DNA of 47,457 bases from a virus (Duplodnaviria > Caudoviricetes). The notes below the pieces were generated by a model. It was not told the origin of the DNA. It ran no database searches and saw nothing but the letters and a program-made list of their open reading frames with translations. This document shows positions 17,090-26,932 of the stretch, in pieces. How positions within the stretch are numbered: the stretch's first letter is position 1; every line of letters starts with the position of its first letter. The position numbers were made by a program, and so were the translations under genes. The stretch spans positions 1 to 47,457 of the IMG/VR virus record IMGVR_UViG_3300027683_000007; one strand, given 5' to 3'.

Positions 17090-18298
17090 ATGCACGGAGA
17101 GAGAATATTAGATGACTGGATCGCTTCCTTCATGGAGTACACTGAAAACTCTGAGCCTCCAAGACTATTTCGTAAATGGACTGCTATATCCTGTCTTGCT
17201 GCAGCACTTCAGCGAAAAGTTAGAATAGAGTGGGGAACTGCACTCACATTTTATCCTAATCTATACATAGTCTTAGTTGGTCCATCAGCGACTGGCAAAG
17301 GCACTGCTATGAATCCTGGACTTAATATCTTAAATGAAGTTCCGGCTATTCGTCTTAGTGCTCAAGCTACTTCACTTCAAGCACTTATTCGTCACTTAAA
17401 AGATACTAACTTATCAGACATAGATACTGCAACTGGTGATCAACAGTTCCATTCATCACTTACTGTATTCTCTAAGGAATTCACCGTATTCTTGGGATAC
17501 CACAATAGAGAACTTATGGCTGCTCTATGTGATTGGTACGACTGTGACCGTAAGTGGGCATATGAAACTATCTCTCGAAAGCGAGAGGAAATCATAGGAG
17601 TTTGGTTCAACCTAATGGCTGGTACCACTCCAGACCTAATCAGATCATGTCTACCTATTGAATCAATAGGAGGTGGTTTAACTTCTCGAATCATCTTTAT
17701 CTATGAAGAAAAACATGGGAAGCTAGTTACTATCCCAACTGAAACTGAATATGAGAAGCAGCTATTTGTCTCTCTAGCTCATGACTTGGAGAGAATAAGT
17801 TTAATATCAGGAAAGTTTACATGGACTACAGGATTTATAGATATGTGGAATGAGTGGTGTCAAAAGGCTTCTATCAATCCACCATTTATAGATAGTAAAT
17901 TCGATGGCTATAATGGAAGACGTAGAGTACATCTAATGAAACTGGCTATGATTCACTCTATCTCTCGCGGCAGGAATGATTTATTCTTAGATGAGCAAAA
18001 CTTAACTGAAGCTATCAATACACTCGAAGAAGCTGAAAATAAGATGGGCATGGTTTTTAAAGGTGTAGGTAAATCTGACCTAGCTGAGATCCTACACAAA
18101 GCTAATCTACTCCTTCAAACGTCTAAAACTAACATCATGTCAGTGCCAGAGTTTATGAGACATTTTGAAAATGATCTAGATAAATTCACACTAGACCGTG
18201 TTATATCTACTTTAGAAATAAGTGATATAATTAAGATCATCCACAAGCCAGGCTGTCCTGATAATATACTTATCTTAGACCAACCAAAAGTTCGTTAA
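17090..18298 (+). CDS. DUF3987/YfjI-like P-loop helicase
   Basis: PNLYIVLVGPSATGKGTAM, LCDWYD, GGLTSRIIF, KLAM. Confidence 0.75.
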   Translation: MHGERILDDWIASFMEYTENSEPPRLFRKWTAISCLAAALQRKVRIEWGTALTFYPNLYIVLVGPSATGKGTAMNPGLNILNEVPAIRLSAQATSLQALIRHLKDTNLSDIDTATGDQQFHSSLTVFSKEFTVFLGYHNRELMAALCDWYDCDRKWAYETISRKREEIIGVWFNLMAGTTPDLIRSCLPIESIGGGLTSRIIFIYEEKHGKLVTIPTETEYEKQLFVSLAHDLERISLISGKFTWTTGFIDMWNEWCQKASINPPFIDSKFDGYNGRRRVHLMKLAMIHSISRGRNDLFLDEQNLTEAINTLEEAENKMGMVFKGVGKSDLAEILHKANLLLQTSKTNIMSVPEFMRHFENDLDKFTLDRVISTLEISDIIKIIHKPGCPDNILILDQPKVR

Positions 18299-18312
18299 AA
18301 AATTTAATTAAC
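18290..18312. repeat. 23-bp dispersed palindrome copy at the convergence of the two transcription blocks
   Basis: GTTCGTTAAAAAATTTAATTAAC; supplies both stop codons. Confidence 0.9.
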
Positions 18313-21300
18313 TGGTGTTAGTTGAAATCTTTTCTTAGATACCAAACTCATCATATCATCACTTATAACATCACCAGCTCTAGAAACCATACTAAGTTCT
18401 TTCCAAAGTTGCTTCTGCTGAATTGGATTAGAACTATTCAATCTTTCCACAAAGATTTCAGCCTTAGCTTCATTTGGCAAACCTTTCATTCTTTTCCAGA
18501 ATGATTTTTCAGGAAGTTCTTGAATAGCCTTTTCCCATTTATATCTATCTATCAACCTATCATACGTATCTGCATCTTTAAATGATCTAGCATAACTAAT
18601 CATTTCTTCCCTAGGAACCTTACCATATATATGTCCTTCTATAAGTATATCCATATTTCTGTTCTGGACAAACCTATCTATCACAGCTCCTTCAGCAGCG
18701 TTCTCTATCTTATCAGCATGCTTAGAATATGGATTAGTTATACCTATAAATCTTTTAAATCCAGGGAACTTTGCAAGAGCCTGTGCTATATGTTGTTCTT
18801 TCTTTTCCTTCTCCATACCTCCAAATGCAGCATCATAGCCTTGGTTAAGTAAGTAAGACCAAATAGTCCCATTAGTAATCATTTCCTCTACTGCATACTT
18901 GGTCCTCTCAGGACTTAATCCAGTTGCTTTTCCAATATCTACATACGCCTGTGGAGTAAGCTTAGTAAATTCTTCTTTACTCTTTGGATAACTAAATGGT
19001 TTATCAGTTCCCTTCCAAATATCTTCATTCAACCAGAAGTCCTTATTAGATATATAACCTAAGACTGCACTCATAGTAGGAGGTAATTGAGTAGCGTCAA
19101 TAGGACTCTGATCTTTCAGTGTTCTAGAAATTCCATCTACATCTACTTCATTTCCTAACCACTTATCTGTAGCACCCTCAAACACAGTTTTGAAAAACTT
19201 CTGTCCAGGATCTATAGGAATCTTGAAATAGATATATCTAGTCTCTCCTTTCTCATCAACAAAGCTAAATTCATCACCAAGAGGAATGACTAAGTTATTC
19301 TCTTTATCTATATTACCTTTCAGTGCCTGGCTAGTCAGCGGTGCAAGAGCATTAGAAGCTATATAAGTCCCAGTTACCACAGCTGCAAATTGCGCAAGTT
19401 TATATGTAGACTCTAATGCCATCCCACTACCAGGTTTAAAGGCTCTAAACATACCTCTAGTACCCTGTATAGACGCATTGAGATAAGGGAGTGCATTATC
19501 AACTGCCTTACTCACTCCACCACCTTGACCAAAGTCCATATAATCCCTGGCAGCGAAAGTAGCTTCTTCTCTCAAAGACTTATCTTTCCTAGCCTCCTCC
19601 ATACTAATACCACGTTTCTGAGCTTCCTTCCTAATTACCCTATCTCTTATCGCAAGACGAGTTAATATCTCACCAGTCTCCCCTAAATATCCCATAAAGT
19701 CTAATATCTTACCAACACTACTATCTAAATGTCTTCCTCTTTGTAACAGTCTTCCTTGATGGACTAAGAATTCCATCCCTCCACCTTCATCTATATACTC
19801 ATTATACCTTCCTTTTCTCAAAGCAGCATCAGTGAATACACTACCTAAATCCCTTCCCATCTGAGATGCAAAGACAGGAGTATGTTGACTATATAATGAC
19901 TTCCACTTTCCATCTTCAAATCTTCTAGCAGTAAACCAGGCATGCATGATATCTCTTGGAATATTAGCTACTGCAAATCCCCAGTTAATACCAGTTGCAA
20001 ATGTTCTAAGTACTGGAGATCCACTTGCATATCTCAATATCTGACCTAGTTTATAAGAGATCTCTGGAGAATTAACAATCCACTCTTTTCCCATCTCTGG
20101 AGATACCCACATAGACTTTTTCTCTCCTCCTTCAAATACATTAAGTCTATGCCATCCACTTGGAATTTTATCCTCTTTATTTATCTTAACTCTAACAAAA
20201 GGATTCTCTGGATCTCTCTCAGCTAGTTCATAAAGTGCCTTATTAGCCTCATTCTTTAAAATTCTACCATGTGCTCTATTAAATACTTCAAGAGCCATAA
20301 CTTCAGACGACGGCTCATAGACATCTGTATCTCTACCTCTAGATAACGCTTCAACACCTGAATCAAATACAGTTATATTCTTCTTCCCAATCTTCGTAGT
20401 ATGTCTTTTATCAAAGATATCTACTAACTTAATCCTTCTATAATTATGACTTACCAGATTATCATATTCATCCTTTGAAATTAATCCAGACTCAAGCATC
20501 TCTTCCAATGGCTTCTTCATCCATTCAAAGTATGCCTCAGCTCTACTATTTAATTTCTCGACTTGCTTAGATGTTAATTTCTCAAGTTGTCCAAACAAAG
20601 CTCTATGCGTAACAAAGTCTCTAACACTTACATCTGCAGGGAATTTAAACTCTCCTTCAGATTTATACTTAGCTATATCAATCATTCTATCATCAAGGAT
20701 GATATCGTCTAAGATTTTCTTCTCCCTTCCACTTAAACCTTCATACACTTCAGCTCTCATCTGTTTCAACTCTTTGGCTGATCTAGAAGATGCACCTTTA
20801 GCCAATACCATCTTTTGCACAATCTTATATCCATCTTCTCCAAGCTCGCTAACCAAATCACCCTTAATATTTCCAGACCTGTCTATAAAAGATCTAACAA
20901 ACTCTTGCCTTGTTCTTTGGAATGCTTCTCCTAATTTAAACTTCTTCATCCCCCTTGCTTTGGCAGTATAATCAGCAACTCTACGAGCACCTGCAATTAT
21001 AGCCTTCCCTGCAGCTTCAATAGATGGATCTCCACTATAAAGACTAAGTCCAGCACTAGCTGATCTACCTTCCTTCTCTAACATCTTATCTAGTGAAACC
21101 CAAGGAGGTTCAGCTGTCCTTTCTTCTTTTGTCAGCTTTCTTGATCTATATTCAGCTAACCTAGCTTCCATCTCTCCAGGATCTTTTCTATAAGCTTCAA
21201 ATCCTTTCGTCACTAAATCCTTAACAAATGCATCTCTGCTGCCCCATACCTTGTTTATAGAAGGGGATATTCTATCTATCATCTTTATATTAACACTATT

Positions 21301-24300
21301 TTTATCTTTAAGCTCACTAATAACATCAGATATATGCTTCTTAAGATTTGGTTCAGATTCAATAGTATGAAGACCTTCCAATGTCTTAATAAGCTGTTTT
21401 GAAGCTTCGTAATCTGTATTAGATCCAGTGAAGCTAGACTTAAGTTTTCTATTAATAAGATGCTGAACTTCATGCTCTAAAGTATCACGATCAAATAGTC
21501 CTTTAATAGTAATCGAATTCTCATCTGCATTATAAGTTCCCTTTGTTTCATGATTCTTATCAAACTTTACCATAATACTCTTTGCTTCTGGTATAGTTTC
21601 ATAGAGTTTTTCATTAGTCAGTATATTACCTAACATATCCCAGCTTTTTCCAGTAGCTGTATAAGTATCTCTTACATGCTTTGGAGGGTGGAACTTACTT
21701 TGTTCACCATCTATCTCATATCTCCACATACCATCTCTAGCAATCCAGAATCCAGTTGATTTCCAGAGTGGTACACTTCTAACTATCTCAGAAGCTTTAA
21801 CTCTTGGCTTACCAGGAAACATATACTTAAATGCAGCTTTAACTGTCTCAGGGATCTGATCTACAGGAACCATAAGATTAAATCTATTAGTCCCTATTCC
21901 TTTAGACCTAGAAGTATTTCTCGCCCACTTTGCTGCTTCCTTCGATACTTCTACAAACTGTAAATGATCTGCACCATTACTAAAGAATTCTCTCAACTCA
22001 CCAGACCTAGATGATAATTCACTAAGTCCACGTCTAACACTTTTAATATCTATATCCTTGCCATGTACCCATAGTCTCACATCATTAATAGCTTTCTGTA
22101 GAGCAATCTCAGGATCTGACCTTACACTATTCTCCCTTTCTGCAAATATCTTATCAAGTTCAAGAGCTTCAGACAAAGTCCTCATAAAGGTATTATTACT
22201 TACATCACTAGGAACACTATTTCCAGTGGACTTGTCTATTTCATTAATAGGATCTTCACTCTTTTTCTTACCTCCAAAGTAATCTATTTCTTCATCAATA
22301 GGTTTTTTATCTTCAATTACTTTAGATCTCTTTGGTGGTCTCTTCTCTTTAATCACCTCAGATTGACTTGATTCTATATCCTCTACCATAGAATTCAAGG
22401 CCCTCAATTGCTGAGGAGTCATTACATCTTCATCTGTCTCCAGTTTATTAAATTTTTTAACGGACTCATCAGGCTTAGTCCACTTCTCTCTTTCTACATT
22501 AAGTTTCTTAATTATAGCACTAGGATTAGCCTCAACTGTAAATGACCCACCACTTGCAGGATGATCACCTATAATTGTTATCTGTGCATATCCAGGAGGT
22601 GTTGTAGTTCCTTCCTCTCCAAGTGCATCAACTAATACTTTACCTTTAAGTTCTGGAATAGTATCAACATCTACCTGCAGCATCTCAACAGTTAATGGAT
22701 CACCAACTTTAGGTTCTGCAGGAGTTTCTTTTACTTCAACCTTAGATTCCTTAACCTCAACATCTTTAGACTTCTCAGCAGCCTTTTGTTTATCAAGCTT
22801 AGCCTGCTCCTTCTTATTCAACTTCACAGGCTTGGCTTTATAATCTTCAGCCATCTCTGGTCTTGCAGCTTCAATAGGTCTTATATGTGACTTAGCTACA
22901 TTCTCTGCTTGCATAGAATACTCATTCAGAAGTTCTACATCACCACCTATCTTCTTAACAAACTGCTCATACTTATTTCTAAGTAAAGTCTTCTGAACTT
23001 CAATCACTTTCTGATCAATCTGTGCTTGAACATCAGGAGGTGCTTCTTTAGCTATCTCAGTAGCCTGCTTAAGTTTTTCATAGTCAGTATTAAACTCTTT
23101 AAGATCTTTGACAACTTCTGGAACTCTAGACTTTGGTAATCCTCTATATAAAAATGCTGCATCTAAAAGTATATCAAATGCTACATCTCCTAACGGTCTG
23201 TCAGTAAAAGGATTACCACCTATCTCAGCAGCTCTATAAGCATTCAATCCAATAAGTCCAGTAGCCATTCTTACTCCAGCCTGGACTCCCTCCTCTGGAA
23301 ATAAGCCTTTAACTGCACCAAAGATAGATCCAACTGCAGCGCCTGAAGCAGTAGCCTTACTAATAGTCTTAGCAGCCTGAGTAAAGGTTACATTTTCTAA
23401 AGCTTCTCCAGTAGAAGCTATTCCCATACCAAGTCCCATTGTAATAGACTCATGCAATGTAGACTTAAAAATCCTCTCAGCAACTCTCATATCTGCAGAA
23501 GCTTTAGGTATGCGTGTAGTTAATGCACCTGCAATCTTAAAAGGTCCAAGCATTAGACCACCAAGTGATCCAACAGCATGACCAATATGACCTGCTGTAC
23601 TTGTAGCTTCAAAATCCTCTTCATTCATTGCAGCTCTTCTAATAGCTGGAATTAGCCCCATTGTAACAGAACCTGTAAATGCACTTGCAGCCTGTTCAAT
23701 GAGCTCAGGAGCTACTCTATATTGACTAAGTGGAACTCCAGCTTCATCTGCTAGTATCTTCACAACAGACTGGGCCTTAGCTGCTTCAGATATCTTTGAA
23801 TTTGTTTCAGTTCCAACTAAGTCTCTAAGTGAGTTTAAAGCCCTACTAATATAACTAGGCTTAGACTTCTCCTCAGATATCATCTCCTCATTACCAAATG
23901 CAGATGTCTTGCCCTTCTCTACATTCCCACCTTCTACATAATAAGGCTCTCCAGTTGCCTTATCTATTGGCCTACCGAGCTCATCAAACCCACCAGTTGG
24001 CTGTGGACCATAGCCTCTCCTTGCCATATCTGCAGTCATAGCAGGATGCAAAGCAAATGGATATATACCTTTACTGGTAAAATACCTCCTCGTATCATCT
24101 TCAGTACTCTTAGGCTTAGACTTAGAATACCACCTACCATCTTTCTGATATATCTCATTTCCAACTTTCTCTTCACCACTTACTGTAGACTCCCAAGTAG
24201 GATGCTTCCTTCCCTTTAGAAGCATCCCACTATTGGGATCACGACTAGGCCAATGACCAGATGAGTCAGGTTTAAGCCCTATGGACTTTGCAGTGTCCAT

Positions 24301-24468
24301 ATCATAACCTTCACCCTCAGGATCAAATGTAGTCTTACGTCCGAACAAAGCTGATGATAATCCACCTTCCTTAATAGGCTCATCAGCAACTTTACTAAAA
24401 TCAACTTGGTTAGTCAGACTACTTTCTTTCTTCTGAGAGAACATCTGTTCAGTTAAACTAGTTCCCAT
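18304..24468 (-). CDS. Large polyvalent internal virion/ejection protein (LPD23-like zincin region, LPD38-like C-terminus)
   Basis: 2054 aa; TGFW..DGMWRYEID, HEVQH, GEMEAR; DFGQGG..LPYLNASIQG; last gene of the late block. Confidence 0.7.
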   Translation of the reverse strand: MGTSLTEQMFSQKKESSLTNQVDFSKVADEPIKEGGLSSALFGRKTTFDPEGEGYDMDTAKSIGLKPDSSGHWPSRDPNSGMLLKGRKHPTWESTVSGEEKVGNEIYQKDGRWYSKSKPKSTEDDTRRYFTSKGIYPFALHPAMTADMARRGYGPQPTGGFDELGRPIDKATGEPYYVEGGNVEKGKTSAFGNEEMISEEKSKPSYISRALNSLRDLVGTETNSKISEAAKAQSVVKILADEAGVPLSQYRVAPELIEQAASAFTGSVTMGLIPAIRRAAMNEEDFEATSTAGHIGHAVGSLGGLMLGPFKIAGALTTRIPKASADMRVAERIFKSTLHESITMGLGMGIASTGEALENVTFTQAAKTISKATASGAAVGSIFGAVKGLFPEEGVQAGVRMATGLIGLNAYRAAEIGGNPFTDRPLGDVAFDILLDAAFLYRGLPKSRVPEVVKDLKEFNTDYEKLKQATEIAKEAPPDVQAQIDQKVIEVQKTLLRNKYEQFVKKIGGDVELLNEYSMQAENVAKSHIRPIEAARPEMAEDYKAKPVKLNKKEQAKLDKQKAAEKSKDVEVKESKVEVKETPAEPKVGDPLTVEMLQVDVDTIPELKGKVLVDALGEEGTTTPPGYAQITIIGDHPASGGSFTVEANPSAIIKKLNVEREKWTKPDESVKKFNKLETDEDVMTPQQLRALNSMVEDIESSQSEVIKEKRPPKRSKVIEDKKPIDEEIDYFGGKKKSEDPINEIDKSTGNSVPSDVSNNTFMRTLSEALELDKIFAERENSVRSDPEIALQKAINDVRLWVHGKDIDIKSVRRGLSELSSRSGELREFFSNGADHLQFVEVSKEAAKWARNTSRSKGIGTNRFNLMVPVDQIPETVKAAFKYMFPGKPRVKASEIVRSVPLWKSTGFWIARDGMWRYEIDGEQSKFHPPKHVRDTYTATGKSWDMLGNILTNEKLYETIPEAKSIMVKFDKNHETKGTYNADENSITIKGLFDRDTLEHEVQHLINRKLKSSFTGSNTDYEASKQLIKTLEGLHTIESEPNLKKHISDVISELKDKNSVNIKMIDRISPSINKVWGSRDAFVKDLVTKGFEAYRKDPGEMEARLAEYRSRKLTKEERTAEPPWVSLDKMLEKEGRSASAGLSLYSGDPSIEAAGKAIIAGARRVADYTAKARGMKKFKLGEAFQRTRQEFVRSFIDRSGNIKGDLVSELGEDGYKIVQKMVLAKGASSRSAKELKQMRAEVYEGLSGREKKILDDIILDDRMIDIAKYKSEGEFKFPADVSVRDFVTHRALFGQLEKLTSKQVEKLNSRAEAYFEWMKKPLEEMLESGLISKDEYDNLVSHNYRRIKLVDIFDKRHTTKIGKKNITVFDSGVEALSRGRDTDVYEPSSEVMALEVFNRAHGRILKNEANKALYELAERDPENPFVRVKINKEDKIPSGWHRLNVFEGGEKKSMWVSPEMGKEWIVNSPEISYKLGQILRYASGSPVLRTFATGINWGFAVANIPRDIMHAWFTARRFEDGKWKSLYSQHTPVFASQMGRDLGSVFTDAALRKGRYNEYIDEGGGMEFLVHQGRLLQRGRHLDSSVGKILDFMGYLGETGEILTRLAIRDRVIRKEAQKRGISMEEARKDKSLREEATFAARDYMDFGQGGGVSKAVDNALPYLNASIQGTRGMFRAFKPGSGMALESTYKLAQFAAVVTGTYIASNALAPLTSQALKGNIDKENNLVIPLGDEFSFVDEKGETRYIYFKIPIDPGQKFFKTVFEGATDKWLGNEVDVDGISRTLKDQSPIDATQLPPTMSAVLGYISNKDFWLNEDIWKGTDKPFSYPKSKEEFTKLTPQAYVDIGKATGLSPERTKYAVEEMITNGTIWSYLLNQGYDAAFGGMEKEKKEQHIAQALAKFPGFKRFIGITNPYSKHADKIENAAEGAVIDRFVQNRNMDILIEGHIYGKVPREEMISYARSFKDADTYDRLIDRYKWEKAIQELPEKSFWKRMKGLPNEAKAEIFVERLNSSNPIQQKQLWKELSMVSRAGDVISDDMMSLVSKKRFQLTPVN
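22443..22465. repeat. 23-bp dispersed palindrome copy (inside the 2054-aa gene)
   Basis: GTTTATTAAATTTTTTAACGGAC. Confidence 0.85.
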
Positions 24469-25582
24469 GACGAACCTCTTTCACCTTCCCATTAGGGAGC
24501 TTAACTTTCCATACAAAGTCATTGCCTTCAACTCTACGCTCAACAACTTTAACTCCACCAGATTTAAATCTCTGCTCATAGAACTTTTCAACTTCCTCAG
24601 CCTTTGCTTTTTTATACTCTACACTATTAGGGTCATACTGAAATAATGTATCTCTAATATCCTTACGTTGCAGATGTTTATCTAGGTCAGCTCCAACTCC
24701 AGAATTTGGATCTGTGTAGTATCTACTATCCTTCACATCAGCCTCGGCCTCTTTTATAGCCATCTTCTCCCCTAAGTTCACATTCACACTACTCTTTGCA
24801 GCATTAGCTAACTTCAACTTCCATTCAAGGTAGGTACCTTTATATCCCTGAGACTTAGCTAAGTTATAATCTTCAATTCCAGCTGACGAAGAAACATTCT
24901 TAAATTCATTAAAGCTTCTATCATATCCATGCTGCACAGCATACTCATATTCTTTAATAGTATTAGTCTTTCCTTCACCAGACTTTATAGCTTTAATAGT
25001 TTCAAGTGCCATTCTATCTCTAGCAAATTTCTCTCTTGCTATGTCAAGTGCTTCTCTACGACTCATTTCATCTTGGCCAAGTTTCATATGCATTGCCTGA
25101 GATATATCTTGAGTTGTCAGCCCTGCTAGGTCGGCAGCAGAAATATTACCTAGAGGACTAGAAGTAGGGTTTGCGTTACCAGCAGCACCTCCAAGAAAAA
25201 GACTCATGAGTTCAGTACTTTGATCTTGAGTAGGTGGCTTTGGTTGGCCTTGTGCTTGTGGTTGCACACTACCAATCTGAGCCATATTTGCAGGAGCTGA
25301 CATAGCTGCACCTTCAGGATCACTTGACTGTTGATTGAAAGCTCCAATTGGCGCTTTGATAGTGATATCCTGTGCATTAGCTGCAATCTTTCCACCTCCA
25401 GCCAGAAGACCTTTAAGCATCTTGACGTAGTTCTGAGACTGAATATTCTGCATAGTAGCTCTATTGGTAGCAGATCCAAGTGGCCTTCCTGCACCGATAT
25501 CCTCTCCAGCAGCTGCAAGATATTGCGCAATCATAGGCCATTGACCTTGTAAGAATCCAGGATTCCCTGTTTGATCTTCCAT
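24458..25582 (-). CDS. Putative internal virion (ejection) protein
   Basis: Q/A/G-rich N-terminus, repeated EYxxAxxxGY; position before the large protein. Confidence 0.55.
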   Translation of the reverse strand: MEDQTGNPGFLQGQWPMIAQYLAAAGEDIGAGRPLGSATNRATMQNIQSQNYVKMLKGLLAGGGKIAANAQDITIKAPIGAFNQQSSDPEGAAMSAPANMAQIGSVQPQAQGQPKPPTQDQSTELMSLFLGGAAGNANPTSSPLGNISAADLAGLTTQDISQAMHMKLGQDEMSRREALDIAREKFARDRMALETIKAIKSGEGKTNTIKEYEYAVQHGYDRSFNEFKNVSSSAGIEDYNLAKSQGYKGTYLEWKLKLANAAKSSVNVNLGEKMAIKEAEADVKDSRYYTDPNSGVGADLDKHLQRKDIRDTLFQYDPNSVEYKKAKAEEVEKFYEQRFKSGGVKVVERRVEGNDFVWKVKLPNGKVKEVRHGN

Positions 25583-25598
25583 CTTAAACCTCCAATGA

Positions 25599-25621
25599 GT
25601 TAATTAAAAAATTTAATTGAC
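25599..25621. repeat. 23-bp dispersed palindrome copy
   Basis: GTTAATTAAAAAATTTAATTGAC. Confidence 0.9.
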
Positions 25622-26494
25622 TTATAAATATGCTGAGGCTGCACCAAGAGCTCCACCTATAACAGCTCCAACTGCAGTACCAACACCTGGATATGCTGAA
25701 CCTATCATAGCACCAGCTGCAGCACCACCGAGTGCTCCACCTATAGCTTTCTGAGTCTGAGATGCTCCACCCACATCCGTCTTCGTATTCATAGCACCTT
25801 GAAGCGCACCAAGTGCAGCCCTTTCATACTCCAGTATCGTAAAAGGCCACAGTCTATTCTTTGTCTCCATAGACAGATTATGATTATCTACATCCATAGC
25901 TACAGAGAAATAGAACTTGATAAGCTCTGCATAGTTCATTACTACAGCCTTATTCCAATCTAGATGTTGCTGCCATCTATTAGTTGCAACCTGAAGCATA
26001 GACATTCTAAGTCCAGCATCATACTTTGATATAGCCTTAACTCTTGTAGACTCAATAACAGCTCTTCCGATTATAAATGAAGATGCCATGACAGAGTTAA
26101 TATCCCTAAGCCCTGTCACAAATCTAGGGTCTGCATTCTGGATAATGTCATCTTCTAGTTCAGTAGCATGAGCCGACACTAGGTTATTAATAGCTGCATT
26201 ATTCACACTATCATCAAGAATCTGTGTAAATAGTGCTTCTACATCTAGTCCAGCCACAAACTTTCCATACATATCATAGAGTGAAGGAAAGCTACTAATC
26301 ATGTATCCTGCACCAAAGAATGCATCTGAATACTCTATATCACTATATCCACTATATGGAGATAATGGTATAGCAGTCACTCTATAAGCTTGTATAGCTG
26401 CTAAAAAGTCACTATGCTTAGCCTCAACATATCCTGCATATCTAACAGTGGTCTCCGAATCACCTCCACCACCACTTCCACCTCCACCCATCAT
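25622..26494 (-). CDS. Putative internal virion/pilot protein
   Basis: Gly-rich N-terminus; C-terminal glycine zipper GGALGGAAAGAMIG. Confidence 0.6.
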   Translation of the reverse strand: MMGGGGSGGGGDSETTVRYAGYVEAKHSDFLAAIQAYRVTAIPLSPYSGYSDIEYSDAFFGAGYMISSFPSLYDMYGKFVAGLDVEALFTQILDDSVNNAAINNLVSAHATELEDDIIQNADPRFVTGLRDINSVMASSFIIGRAVIESTRVKAISKYDAGLRMSMLQVATNRWQQHLDWNKAVVMNYAELIKFYFSVAMDVDNHNLSMETKNRLWPFTILEYERAALGALQGAMNTKTDVGGASQTQKAIGGALGGAAAGAMIGSAYPGVGTAVGAVIGGALGAASAYL

Positions 26495-26931
26495 GCACCT
26501 CCTAGTTCAATATAGAATACCTTAAGCCTTTCCTTCATCCCAACTGAACTAAATAGTGATATAGCTTTCTCATTATTGGACCAAGTTGTAATGCTCTTAC
26601 ACTCATTAGCCTTAGCCCATTTCACAAGATCACCATAGTCATTAATCCAAGTTTCTATAGGTTCTCTAGTAAATGAATAGAGTGAATAACAGAATAAAGT
26701 CTTTTCATCACTTATAGAATCAACATTTATACTTGTAAGTCCTATCATCTGCAACTTACGTTCTTTATCTAACCTCACAAAGCACTGAACTTTAGCACTA
26801 AGTAATTGATACAGAAGTCTATTTAAATACCTATCCCAATGTTCAGGCTTAATGACTTCTGCCTTAACGACTGAAAACTTTATAGCCTCCCAAAACGAAG
26901 GTACTTGATCTGGAAGTAACATTATAGCCAT
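26491..26931 (-). CDS. GNAT-fold virion-assembly protein
   Basis: WAKANECKSITTWS; usual position after the nozzle gene in podoviruses. Confidence 0.5.
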   Translation of the reverse strand: MAIMLLPDQVPSFWEAIKFSVVKAEVIKPEHWDRYLNRLLYQLLSAKVQCFVRLDKERKLQMIGLTSINVDSISDEKTLFCYSLYSFTREPIETWINDYGDLVKWAKANECKSITTWSNNEKAISLFSSVGMKERLKVFYIELGGA

Positions 26932-26932
26932 T

